Below, one piece after another: positions 39,271 to 50,377 of a stretch of DNA of 64,000 nucleotides. How positions within the stretch are numbered: the first letter of the stretch is position 1; every line of letters starts with the position of its first letter. The stretch is from Dudresnaya verticillata. Lineage: Eukaryota. The notes below the pieces were generated by a model, which had not been told where the DNA came from, ran no database searches, and was given only the letters and a program-made list of their open reading frames with translations. The stretch lies in the NCBI GenBank assembly GCA_977862235.1, contig OZ374561.1, forward strand, positions 1,736,001 through 1,800,000, read 5' to 3'. Position numbers and translations under genes: made by a program.

Positions 39271-40337
39271 ATGGCAATCCCAGCAGTTCTCGCTCAGGTC
39301 TTGTTTGGCCTATCGTTCCTGAATTGCCTTCTGACACTCTGGACGATATGCAAACTGATCCACTTTCTGCCGGGTCTTGGCAATAAGACCAAGCGGTACG
39401 AGTACAGTATCGCTGCGTCGTCGACCTGCTTCAAGCGGCTCATGCTTAAGCCGTGCCCTTGGATGCGACTTCATGGCCTGCCGGAGCTGGAGGAGGCCTG
39501 GAAGGAAATGGGCAAGGAAGGTGCTCCCTTCGTATTGTCGAACCACAACTCTAAGCTGGACTCGCTGTTGATCACCGCTCTCCTTCCCACCTCGCTTGGG
39601 CCGAGAATGCGATCACTCATCAAGCTCGCGCTGTTCAGTGAGCCTCTGTTTGGGGGCATTTGCCATGCTGTGGGTCACTTCCCTGTGTACTTCAAGGGTT
39701 CTGCCGAGGGTACGTCAACGATAGAAACGAATCCTGTTTGCTTCTGATTCATAGTGGCTTGCTTGTCTGACTTTTCCTCGTAACTTACATGTGTTGACAT
39801 AACTGGTGCACCGGACTGATGTGCTAAAGGCGATTTTGGAGTTAACAAGGAGGCTCAAGCGCAAGTCGCAGTTGAAATGGACAAGTTTCTGGGAGATGGT
39901 GGCGGACTACTATTGTAAGTACATGGCGTCCGCGTTGTTCTCGACAAGGCAGGTGCGATACGCTGTGTTGCGGTTCTAGTACTAACGGCTCAGCTTATTG
40001 CTTAATACAATTGTGGACGATGATGAAAAGGTTCCCTGAGGGCCAGCTGAACAGAAGCCCACGAACTTTACAATCTTTGCGCCGGGGTGCATTCAGCCTC
40101 CCCATCAAGCACAAGAAGAAGATATGGGGCTTCCTGAACGTAGGGTGCGAAAAAGCATGGCCCTATCGCAGCCCCATGGGCGGCTTTCCATGTGACATTT
40201 ACGTGCGTGCATTCAAAGTAACTGATGATGCGTCTCAGTTTGAGAGCAACGCAGAACTGTCGGAGTATGCTGGGGAAGTGATGCAGAAGAATTTGGATGA
40301 ACTGTACAAGTTGGCCGACGGCAAAAAGGATGAATGA
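39271..40337 (+). CDS. PlsC/LPAAT-family glycerolipid acyltransferase; exons 39271..39709, 39830..39914 and 40031..40337
   Basis: N-terminal TM, motif I NHNSKLD (HxxxxD), GHFPVYF and FPEG. Both introns reconstruct an open frame. Confidence 0.85.
39710..39829 (+). other. Intron 1 of the acyltransferase (120 nt, phase 1)
   Basis: GTACGT...CTAAAG. Joins EG|DFGVNKEAQ. Confidence 0.75.
39915..40030 (+). other. Intron 2 of the acyltransferase (116 nt, phase 2)
   Basis: GTAAGT...TACTAAC (39980-39986)...GAAAAG. Joins GGGLLL|FPEG. Confidence 0.78.
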
Positions 40338-40510
40338 GCCTGCCATCGGGCCAGCCTTTTGCACAGAGACGGGTTTGGCTATTTCGTCCGTTAGCTTGCC
40401 AGCCGATCCTTTTTTTTCGCCTGGTGGTGCTAACTTGGAACAGTAAATGTTGGGGTCCTTTTTACCGAAGAGAGCTGTCTATCGGTTTGTGCAAACGTAG
40501 TTGCTCGATT

Positions 40511-40857
40511 CTACTTGCCGAAAAGCAGTGCGAATCCCATGACCACACAACAAGCTGAGACCCAAGGACTTAAGCGCTCGCCTGAGCATGTGCAGTACCG
40601 CGAGAAGAAGCGACGGTGAAGAACTCAGGGTTAGTCCAAATGTGGACTGATGAGCGATTTGCAAACGCATTACGAGGCCGCCATGCTAGTGAGGAAGGAC
40701 GGGACGTACCGATTCGTGCAGCTTTCCAGAACACCCCTAAGAAGCCACTTTTGTTGCGATCCAGAATGGCTGGGTAGAGGGATCTAATATACGCGCACGT
40801 GCAAATGACGAGCAGAACAACGACTAAAAGACTTTGGAAGTTGAAGACGGCCGACAT
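40511..40857 (-). CDS. KSH1: Protein kish (TMEM167), 72 aa; exons 40857..40710 and 40581..40511
   Basis: Spliced product [25 protein letters not shown]...[32 protein letters not shown] carries the kish signature. Confidence 0.95.
40582..40709 (-). other. Intron of kish (128 nt, phase 1)
   Basis: GTACGT...GACTAAC...CTCAG on the minus strand. Confidence 0.92.
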
Positions 40858-42199
40858 TGGGACGGGAAAGCCTCGGCGCTTGCAGGCTTCTCACGCACTG
40901 GGCAGCGATGCGGGGCGTGTTTGTGATCTCCGGGATAGAAGAAACCGATGACGATCAAAAAACAGTGGGCACCGGGAAAGGCTTCCTCATCACAATCGCT
41001 ATTCCCATGGGTGAGTGTGAGGGACTGGCAGTGGGTTCACCGGCGAAGCACGGCAGGAGAGGGGCCCTGCCCAGTTGTATGAAAAGGAACCAAGACCGCG
41101 CTAGTGATGCGCCGTTGGAGAAGGCAGAACTGGACCAGTCCACTCTCGGCCCATTTTTGGCGTAAATTCCCTTTAATTCTAGCTAGTTTGCAGTCTATGG
41201 GACATTCCTATTGTGCCCCGCTCGGACCTGGGCGTTGAACCATACACAGCTTTGATCGCGATTTCCTGGCTACCCTCTAGAGCATACAGCAGTGTTTTGC
41301 GAGCGCACTTCCTTCGGAGGCTGAGCAGTCGCGGGAACATCTCCCACAAGGGCATGGAGTTCCTCTTTTTAAGAGCGCGGAAGGCATGCATGCATCTGCT
41401 TCCTGGTGTTGCGCTATGCAGCCGTAAAGCACCGCGCTGGAGAACCTAACGAAACGGCTCTCAGATTCCGCTTGATCTTTTCGCCTCACTGCGGACGTAT
41501 GGCAATATTGGGTGAAGCGATTCAGAATCGAAGGGATGCTCTTGTTAGGCATGGATGGAATGTGGACCGTCATACAATCCCATGGCGATCTCAGTACTCG
41601 TAACCTCCCCGTTAAACATGCTTCGCGCGCAACGAGTTCGCGTTCCCATTTTTCTACGAAGAGGAATGCGAGGCGTTGCCTGTGATGTGGGCCATACAGG
41701 AGCTTTTTGTCTGTCTCGCACGACGCAATGGGATGCGCCACGATGTGCTGACGGTGGGGCATGGGCCGGGCGCAGATGCACAGGTACTGGCAAAGTCGCA
41801 GACGCGCTGTTGGGGCCTTTTGTTATCTCTTTGGATGCTATGAATGAGCGGTATCGTCATGAATAATCCGCTCATCAACATGATTTTCTATGCTGTTCGG
41901 CGTGTTTTGCTCATCGACATGTTTTATTATCCAGCAGGATGTCGCAACTTTTCTAAATGGAGCGATAAGGCTCTTGTGTTAGGTACGAAGCGCATTGTGC
42001 TTCAGATGTGTATTTCGCTAGATTTGCGCTTCAGGTCTGAGGGTGATTCGTCATCACCCCTTTTTTCGTTTCGTTTCGGCTAGCTGTCTTCTGTTCAGCT
42101 CTTCTCATCGCAAATCGTCTCAAGAACAACAGGCTCTTAAAGGTCCGTGCAGAATCTGTTGCTTAGAGCCTGTCGTGTCCGCGCTGTTGGCTCTGCAAT

Positions 42200-45100
42200 A
42201 TGGAGACTGTTGCTGATGAATGCGCAAGAGCTGCGGAAAGTCTTTGCCAACTGGAGGAGGCGGCCGTGTTACTAGAAGCAGCTTCCAAGGAACATGCCCC
42301 TGAAAAGGTATCTCCGGGCTTTCCTGGCCGTGTTGCTGGTATTCTGAATGCACTAACAGCCATCAGTTCCAGAGAGGATGCTGAACGCTTGCTTGCAACA
42401 GGTATGTGGTCTGCCTCTTTTTAGGTTTGGCAATCTATACACACGGACAGGCCAACTAACTCGGTCTATCGAATTTCCAGGCGTTGCGATGTGGAATTCA
42501 GTGATAGTACTGGAGGCCTGTGAGGTCTCTCAAGGAACGACTGAAGCATTGGTGAAAGTGAGGCATGTCGCTGCTGATTGCATGTACATGTCGACCACAG
42601 TTCTGGGCGGAATTAGTGCTCGTTACAACATTGATGACCTGAATCTGCTCAAGTTCTACACGGCGTGCGGCCAGAAATATGCCACGGTCGTTTCAGACAT
42701 GGAAATGGCAGAGGTTTGCTTTTCGAAAGCCGCAGAGTTTGTTGAAGCTGCGTTGAATGAAACTCAGAAGGAAGATGGCAGCACGAAGATGTTTGCGGCA
42801 GCTATGTTTGACCTGTCGATTGGAAGGGCGGAATGCGCATGGGAGAAGGGAGAGGACGACCAAGCAGAGGGTTTTGTAAGTGATGCGAGAAAGTATATGG
42901 CTGAACTGCCAGGGGAGCATGAGTTCCTTGCATCGGTTGAATACAACTTCGGTTTGTTTGCTTATCAGGCTAAAGAGACTGAGCGAGCTTTAAAATGGCT
43001 AACAAGATCAATGGAGACTAGAGGACAAGATGCGAACACAGCGAAGGATTTGAAAAAGCAGGCGAAGACAGCCCGTTTGGCTGGAGTCTGCTTGCTGGCA
43101 ATGCAGGACTACCAAGAGTCATGGAAAATGATGATGTTTGCAGAAGAAACCTCACACGATCCCGTAGGGTCATACCTTCTTCTCAAGCTATGTATCATTG
43201 CGAAGAAACCTGATGCTGTTGACGTTTTGTTCAACGTCATACAAGACACGGATACAAGCTTGGATTTATGTATGGCGTCAATTGCTCTATTCGCGGATGC
43301 GCAAAGAACAGCAGATGCTGTTGCTGGATATGAGCGACTGTTCACGCGTTTTAAGGAAGATCCCGTGGCTATCGCTAATACCGTTGGACCGAGGTACTTT
43401 GAAGTGTTGAGTGCACTGGGAAAAATTGACAAGGCTCTCGATGTTTTAGATGACTGCTGCGCATCATTGGAGAAGATTAGCGAAGAAAAGTCAAGAAACG
43501 TGTCCGATGCTCAAGAGAATGGCCGTGATCAACCTGATATCTTCCTGCAGTTGTCCAGATGGTCGGCTTTGCTGCTTACGACTGGCTCAGTCCTTGCCGA
43601 TCGGAAAAACTTTTCCTCTGCTGCGAAGCTCTTAAGTCGTTGCCTCGTTTTTGCAAGAAATGCGGATGCCCGAAGGCAAGCTGGAAATGGAACAGATTCA
43701 TCCACAATGGCTGCTCCGGTAGAAAAAAATGTTGTGATTGAAAACGAGGCTGCAGTTTGTCGTTTGGTTTCCTCCTGTGCACTATGTAGCGCAGTTGAGC
43801 TTAACAAGGGACGCAATACAGTGCCACGTAGAGTCAGTCCCAGCTCGTGTCCTGAAGAAGAAAGCAAATCTCATGTGAAGGAGTTCTTGGACATTTCTTT
43901 AGCTCATGCTCAAAGAGCAAAGTCTCTTGAGCCAAGTGATTTTGCTCCGCGCCTACTGATCTTTCGCACCCACCTGCTAGCTCAAGAGTTCGAACTAGCT
44001 GCCTCTGAACTACGTGATGCTAGTGTGGATATTCGCTCCTTTGATCCTGGTGCTCTCGCAGAGGCTGCATGCGCTGCCCGGGATGTCGGTTCACGGTCAG
44101 CCGTGGTGGCTGCACTTTGTTGCGTTTTGAACTTGGATCCGTCAGTGTTGTGTAATGCCCTTTCATCAACTGATCCATCGTGCCCAATGGGATTCTTCGG
44201 AAAAGTTCTGCTCTCCTGTATACACATCCTTCTTGAAGAGATGAAAGACGAGTCTGTAACTGAGAAAGATGTTATCGAGTCAGGAGTCCGCAACGAAGGA
44301 AGCAAGCATCTCAACAACAGTGCGACCCTATTGAAAATGCTTCGACGTGGTCTTGTCGGACTGCAACAGCTTGGGCTCGAAGGTGTGTTTGGTGACCGGA
44401 AGGAAACCGTTCACGCTTCTTTGACTTATTTGACCAACGTCTGTTGGAACAAGGGCAGGGAGCACGGGGATTCATTGGATTATAAGTCCTGGGAATCCTT
44501 TTTCGACATTTGCTTTCAGTACTGCTCGTATCTTCCTTCAGATGCAGGCAGCATGCAGACGATGCGAATGTCCAAACTCATGTGTGCTTGTGCGAGTATT
44601 GAAGATCTGGATTCCGGGCCGGATGACTTCTCTCGAGCAAGGCAATGTGTACAGGAAGCAAGACTATTTTCTCAGAAGCTTCACGAGTTGTCGCCGAGTG
44701 TAGGGGAGGACCCAATAGAGGGACTGCTGGTTGTTCTGGAAGCAAGGTGCTGTGTTGGTTGCCAGAATTTGGATTCCCTTGCGCTAGTTGTTGAACATTG
44801 TCTTTCGAAGCGGACAATTGGTGCTGCCATTGCGGAGCAGTTGTCTTCCGTCTGCTACAACTATAGACCAAAACACAGTGAGAGTAATGAGCGCTTGAGG
44901 TGCTTGGATCTGACAGCTGCACTTCTCTCGAAAGCTAGCGATATTCGGTTGTGTAGCGGCGGTGGAGACCTCAAAGCTTTATCAGTAACAATTCGGGAGC
45001 ATTTGGGCGTAGAGCTCTCTCGGGGATCAAACTCATCGCGAGCGTATAAGGTATTACACAAAGCCATCGGAGTCGTTGTAGAGAATAGCTCCGAATTTCC

Positions 45101-45278
45101 CATGGATGAGAGGAGGTGGTTGATGGCCGTTAGTTGGGATCGGGCGCAGATGCTACGGCGAATCGGTCAGAAGGAAGAGGCTCGTAGATGGTTGGAAGGA
45201 GCCAAGCAGCTAGCAGAGGGATGCGCAGCTTTGTCGACATACACCCCTAGACTGAATGCTCTGTTGGGGCAACTGTGA
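42200..45278 (+). CDS. ZIP4: Meiotic ZMM TPR protein ZIP4/SPO22/TEX11; exons 42200..42401 and 42481..45278
   Basis: GVAMWN...VKVRHVAADC...AEVCFSKA...RAECAW...LASVEYNFG...ALKWLTRS...QAKTARL follows the recalled SPO22/TEX11 N-terminal TPR pattern. C-terminal FPMDERRWLMAVSWD. About 1000 aa. Confidence 0.8.
42402..42480 (+). other. Intron of ZIP4 (79 nt, phase 1)
   Basis: GTATGT...ACTAAC (42455-42460)...TTCCAG. Joins LLATG|VAMWN. Confidence 0.9.
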
Positions 45279-45425
45279 TGGGTTCTAAGGACAGGCATGG
45301 GGACACAGAACACTCTTTGGTGCGATCGCTTGTCAGCGTTCCTATCTCTGCCGTCGGAGGTGAGTGCGAAAGCCATTATAAAACGGGGAATGCCGCCCTG
45401 TACCGCACTTGGCATATGCTTTAAG

Positions 45426-45911
45426 TCACAACCAGAGTATCTCTTGTAGGCCGATGTATTTTTGTCGCGATGGAGCAGTACCTCGCAATCCACCCTTTTC
45501 TTGATTCGCCGTTGCCCCATGGGCAGTTCCCATTTCCTGTGCAACTTCCTCCTCCGAAACAGCAGCCCGTGGCAGCTCTGATTCCTCAGCTTTGGTTGCT
45601 GCTGCCCTTTGCACAGCCCGAACCGCGAGGATCTCTTCCTTGATTTGCAGAGCTCTCGGGTACTTGATTTCGCTCTCCTTCGTTTTCACGAGATACTCAT
45701 CAATTCCACCAGCCTTTCGAATGCATCGCATTGCATATGTAGTCATTCGGAATCGCAGCATTCGACCCAGTGTCTCGCTATACATTGACTTCACCTGCAC
45801 ATTTGGCTTCCAAGTCCTCCTCGTCTTGTTCTCAGCGAACGAGACCTTATTCCCGAACTGAATCATCCGGTTGCCGTAGAGACCGCGATAAGCTCTGTTG
45901 AATCGCGGCAT
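45426..45911 (-). CDS. MRPL28: Ribosomal protein bL28, probably mitochondrial
   Basis: RAYRGLYG...IQFGNKVSFAENKTRRTWKPNVQ...LRFRMTT.AMRCIRKAGGIDEYL. First ATG at 45911. Confidence 0.9.
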   Translation of the reverse strand: MPRFNRAYRGLYGNRMIQFGNKVSFAENKTRRTWKPNVQVKSMYSETLGRMLRFRMTTYAMRCIRKAGGIDEYLVKTKESEIKYPRALQIKEEILAVRAVQRAAATKAEESELPRAAVSEEEVAQEMGTAHGATANQEKGGLRGTAPSRQKYIGLQEILWL

Positions 45912-46265
45912 GTTTACCTTCAAAGGAACTCCTCAAAGGATCATGCGGAAGGTATCGAATCACCCCAATATGGTGGCTGTGAAGGAACTTCACGTCTGAG
46001 ACCCCTCTTCCTGTGATGCGTTCTGCTCTAGTGCCCCTGACAAATCAGCTTTTTTGTCTTGTCCCTCTTTTTTTGTTTTTATTTTGGCGAAAAGCCGCTC
46101 ATCATTTGAGCTCTGATGGGCGTGCAAGGAGAAGCATCAGGTCTGCAGGACGTGTTTTCCCCCCTCGGTCTGCAAGCCAGCTCGCGAAAGCTTCTTGGCC
46201 CTGGAAAGCCACGCAGCCCTGCTTCTCTCTTCGGTGATCTTCTGCTTTTGTCTTGAGCTCTCGCA

Positions 46266-46490
46266 ATGTCAAAGTCTTGCAAAGGTTTGTTTGATGAGCT
46301 GCTACGGTGCCTGAGCGATTCGAAGTGCGTTATTGAGCATCCAGACAAGAAGACAGCGCTGAAGGATTGTGTCCAACCAGATGCTGAAGGTGTTGAAGAC
46401 TCTTGCAAGGCCATTCGTGTAGCCTATTCGCAATGTAGAAAATCTCAACTCGACATGCGGCGTCGCATCCGAGGAGCTCCTGGGTACTAG
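46266..46490 (+). CDS. COA5: Cytochrome c oxidase assembly factor COA5/PET191 (twin CX9C-type)
   Basis: MSKSCKGL..EL..CL..S.CV...DC...C..IR.AY.QCRKSQLDMRRRIRG..GY. Confidence 0.9.
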   Translation: MSKSCKGLFDELLRCLSDSKCVIEHPDKKTALKDCVQPDAEGVEDSCKAIRVAYSQCRKSQLDMRRRIRGAPGY

Positions 46491-46635
46491 GAACGTCTAA
46501 CTTTTCGGGCGGGGTATGGTGGTGGATTTTGAACAAGAATCGTTTATTGCTACGGTAAGATCAAGTCAGTTCTAAAGTCAACGAAAGAATGAAGGAGCTC
46601 CTGAAGTCCTGCGCATGCATATCGCAATGCACACC

Positions 46636-47697
46636 TTAAAGGCCCTCCTTTGAATCGGTACTCACCTGGGCCGCTGGCGTCGGGGCGTTCCGCTCAGGTC
46701 TTGTGCAGTTCCGAATGAAGATAGTTGCAGCCATCTTAACCCCCTTGATGACTGGTGAACCTCCGTGCAGGGTGCGCGTATCGATCATTTCTGTGTAAGG
46801 ATGCATGTCATACCAAACCAAAAGCCTGCCTCTTTTCGGCTTGATCTTCAGATGATCTGGGTTGTTCGGATCGTACTGGAAGCTGCCGTCCATTCCACCC
46901 TTTCGGGCGAACATGGTCTCTCCACCTTCCTCTACGTCACTGAGATAGATCAGGTTGGTGCTAGCGCGTTGGCAACCTGGAAACTCGCCGGCACCGAGCT
47001 GATCCTCTTGGAGAAAGTCGTGATGCGGATTGAAGTACTGACCGGGCTCGTATCGGTTCACCCCAATTTGCTCCGCATGCCTGTGGGTGAAGCCGGACAA
47101 AGCTGCAACTCGACTCATGATGGTCTTATATCTTGGGTTCTCGTGGTCATACAGCCAGCCTGTACTAGATGTCCGTGAAACGTCCTCTTGTGGATTGCCG
47201 TCTTTATCAACAACCATAGACTTTTTAAACCTGGGACTAACACTCTCGATGAGAAGGTCAATATCTTCATCCGAGAAGACGTTGTCGTAATAGACAACAA
47301 GCGGTTCCTTCCAAATGTAGCTGACCTTGGCGTTGGGAATCATCTTCAGAACGTCGCGAAACTCTTGTTTCATAAGCCTCCGCGGCAGGTCCCACACCAT
47401 GTGTGATGGGCGCCCATCGGCGAGCAGCGGGCGTTTCTGTCCCATACGGCAGATTTCGCCAAGCTCGCACGGGCGGCCAAGAGGTGTACGCTCGAGCAGC
47501 TCAATGAGCTTCATGCGAGTCTGGTCGACGGCCGAGCCCACCGCTTCCGCCAGCTCCTCCGGAAGCAACCTCGTCTCTAGCCCCCGGCCGTGCACCATGA
47601 GATAGACGAAGGCTGCTACTGGGAGCGACACCAACAGCGTTATGAGTGCCGCAAGCGGAGAACCCGCGCGGGCTGAAGCATGCCTCATTGTGGTCAT
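46636..47697 (-). CDS. Prolyl 4-hydroxylase (2OG-Fe(II) dioxygenase), type II membrane protein
   Basis: N-terminal TM; EPLVVYYDNVFSDE, SRTSSTGW, RYEPGQYFNPHHD, IYLSDVEEGGET and TLHGGSPV..GVK (HxD...H...K). Confidence 0.92.
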   Translation of the reverse strand: MTTMRHASARAGSPLAALITLLVSLPVAAFVYLMVHGRGLETRLLPEELAEAVGSAVDQTRMKLIELLERTPLGRPCELGEICRMGQKRPLLADGRPSHMVWDLPRRLMKQEFRDVLKMIPNAKVSYIWKEPLVVYYDNVFSDEDIDLLIESVSPRFKKSMVVDKDGNPQEDVSRTSSTGWLYDHENPRYKTIMSRVAALSGFTHRHAEQIGVNRYEPGQYFNPHHDFLQEDQLGAGEFPGCQRASTNLIYLSDVEEGGETMFARKGGMDGSFQYDPNNPDHLKIKPKRGRLLVWYDMHPYTEMIDTRTLHGGSPVIKGVKMAATIFIRNCTRPERNAPTPAAQVSTDSKEGL

Positions 47698-48388
47698 CTC
47701 GTTGAAGGTTTTGTCCAATCTGGCGGAGCCGAAGATTGGGAGTGCTTGGCAAAGATGTCGGGAGTGTCTCAGCGGATCTCGTTCCTATCCTGCTGTGAAC
47801 TGAGCACCGGCAAGGAACGGAACCTGCTTGCGCTTGATGCTCATTTTGTCTTGGTGATTTCTCTGCAGTTGCATCGGAGTCCTTGAGCGGTGCATTCGCC
47901 GACTGGCTTTGGCTATTGCAGCTTGTTCCTCTTTTTACCGGGTCAAGCCCGCCTTCGCGGTGCAAAGGGCCCGACGATGAGCAACGAACGCAAGGTACAC
48001 AACGTCCTTGGGCAAAGCCTATTGTACCCCATTAGATGTCGCCATCACAGCGATTGGCGAGAGCATAACATTACTACGGGACTAACACGTTGCTGGGCCG
48101 CTCTTCAAAGCACCACCGACCAATTATTGGACCCTACGAGATATTGGGAGATATGGGGCGATAATACTGTAATGGGATTGGACCGCTGATTTGGGGTTGG
48201 CAGCGGGTGGTCGCTTTTTGCGCTCCCTTCGAGAATCGACTTCGCCTTCCTTCTTCGACCAGATTCAGATAAGATCAAGTCCCTGCGTTAAACGTTACAC
48301 GTAATAAGGTGAAGACGCTGTTTCTCCTCCGACTTTCCAGAGTCACGCAGCACTCGGAGAACGCTTGTGTGTTCTCGCCCCCTTCAAG

Positions 48389-49561
48389 ATGACTCACGAT
48401 GCTTGCTACAATGCACACCGGTCTACCTTCCTTGCCCCAACACCGGGACCGAAGATTCCAAGCCGACTCCTCCGTCGCCGTCGCTTCCCACTGTCTTGTA
48501 AGCGCCGCGCACCGCGTCGCTTTGTACGCTTAGTTCAACCAGAGGATGCCCGAGCAACCCTACTCCAGACTGTTGTGACTACTTTTACGGGGAAGTCCGC
48601 CGATGGTAAATCGTGCAAGCTACATCTCCATTCTGTTTTACACATCGCAGACAAGTCCTACTATGATGGAATTCAGTCTGAGCTTCGCCTTTTTTCTGCC
48701 TCACCACCCTGTTTTGTTCTTTACGAACTCATAACATCGTTGAACAATACTAAGCCATCTACAATGCCGGGCCTGCGTTCTCTTTCTATTGCGGTCGAAG
48801 CCACACCACCAACACGACGTGTAGCCCGGTCTCTAGCGGCCACAGCACAGGCAGACGTCTTGGACCCGCGGTCGGAGCAGTGGTATTTGGCTGACCTACC
48901 CTCTGAAGAGGTTACCACATCGTTTCGGGCTATTGAAAATTATTCCCTCTCCCCTCGTGTTGCGCTGCTCGTAGCAGCGTCTCTACTGCCCTGTCCTGAG
49001 CTTTTTCAGCTTGCGGCACCCTTTTCCGTGGGAGCCCAACCTGTGTTGTCGGCTCTCGCACGTCTTGATGTGCTCGCCGCACGCCGTGCCGCATACGCTC
49101 AGTTGGCGGAAGCATCCACTTCATCTCGTGCAAATGCTGCAACAGATGCAGTTTCAGCCGCTAGAGATGCTGCTGCTGTAGAAGCGGTCCGCAACGCTTA
49201 CGACGCAGGAGCCGCAGAAGTAGCTCTCATATATGGAGCTTGGCATGCCGGGCGACTATGTCGGCTTCTCGAGGATGGCCTTGGAATGACGTTTGAGAGC
49301 CGTAGCTGGCGTACTGCAATGAAGTTGCCTGAGAGCACTGGTGGGTGGACTCGGCTCATTCCTGGGCTTGTCCTTACTATTGTATATTTTTGCTATGCTG
49401 GTATCGATTGGGTTAGAACAATTGATGGTGTTGCAGGCGCCTTAGAGAAGGGGAGTAGCTATGGTTTCGAGGTTGCTGAGATGCTTGCGTGGTACTTCGT
49501 TAGACATTTTGTTCCATACGTTGGCCTGCGACGATGGTTTGCTGTGGAGGACGTCAGTTAA
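48389..49561 (+). CDS. Conserved hypothetical protein, TraB/PrgY-like, probably plastid-targeted
   Basis: Transit-peptide-like N-terminus; LHIADKSYY...VLYELI...ARD...VALIYGAWH; C-terminal TM segments. Confidence 0.7.
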   Translation: MTHDACYNAHRSTFLAPTPGPKIPSRLLRRRRFPLSCKRRAPRRFVRLVQPEDARATLLQTVVTTFTGKSADGKSCKLHLHSVLHIADKSYYDGIQSELRLFSASPPCFVLYELITSLNNTKPSTMPGLRSLSIAVEATPPTRRVARSLAATAQADVLDPRSEQWYLADLPSEEVTTSFRAIENYSLSPRVALLVAASLLPCPELFQLAAPFSVGAQPVLSALARLDVLAARRAAYAQLAEASTSSRANAATDAVSAARDAAAVEAVRNAYDAGAAEVALIYGAWHAGRLCRLLEDGLGMTFESRSWRTAMKLPESTGGWTRLIPGLVLTIVYFCYAGIDWVRTIDGVAGALEKGSSYGFEVAEMLAWYFVRHFVPYVGLRRWFAVEDVS

Positions 49562-50377
49562 AGCGTGAACACCGAAAGTTGCGCAGATGAAGCCCCTTTA
49601 ATCCGATCTGCATGCGAACGCTTTGCGCATTTTGTTTTTTGCTGAAGTCTAATGAAGAGTTTTGCTGTTCGGATACAAGCATTGGGGTTATGATTTGCAG
49701 TCTCTCTAGAATACTGGGAATCCTTAGAAGCTTGTACACACCACAATAAATGATACCCTTGGAATATTGATATGTCAGCCCCATCTATATTTAAACGAGG
49801 GTTAGGACTTGCTTGGCGCCCACGCAAGGCTTGTCCTTTCGGTTTCAGATTTCCGCTCTGGAGGCTAGGTCAAGGCTCGGGTTTTAAAGTCCGTGGAAGC
49901 ATGGGCATATTTTAGCAGGTTCCAGACAGGATAATCATGTCGACCACAAAGGTTAGTGTAGCCGTACTACGTGTGCTGGAAGAGCCCGGTAAGAATTCTG
50001 AAGTTCGAGTTGAATACAACTCCAGCAGAAATCCAGAACAGTAAGACCTGAATGATCCTCGCTCCTCTTTGAATAAAGTGTTCAGCACTATGGGCCAGAG
50101 CGCGGAATTGAAGCGCCCCATGCTAGCATCATCATCCGCGCAATGCAGACTGCTGCACGAAAACATCTGAATTTCAGTCACACGCAGCGTGTTATCTGAG
50201 CTCCTACTGTACCACGCAGAGCCTGGCTGTGCTTGCGTCACGGTCACGGAGTTCTAGCATTGATACAGCGCGCGAAGTGCTTCCGGAGCCATGGCACTGC
50301 TGCAGCACCCTTGAAGAGCAACAAGCCGCACTGTGAGCCTTCCCTTATCACAAGTCTAGGCTTTTCCGTACTACGTT

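Noticed and set aside
46555..46570. TAAGATCAAGT, similar to U2 snRNA (also at about 48270)
   Set aside because: Lacks the following GTAGTA branch-pairing sequence and the U2 5' stem.
49804..49837. Imperfect hairpin AGGAC-TTGC...GCAA...GTCCT in an intergenic region
   Set aside because: A single weak stem with no tRNA, snoRNA or snRNA signature.
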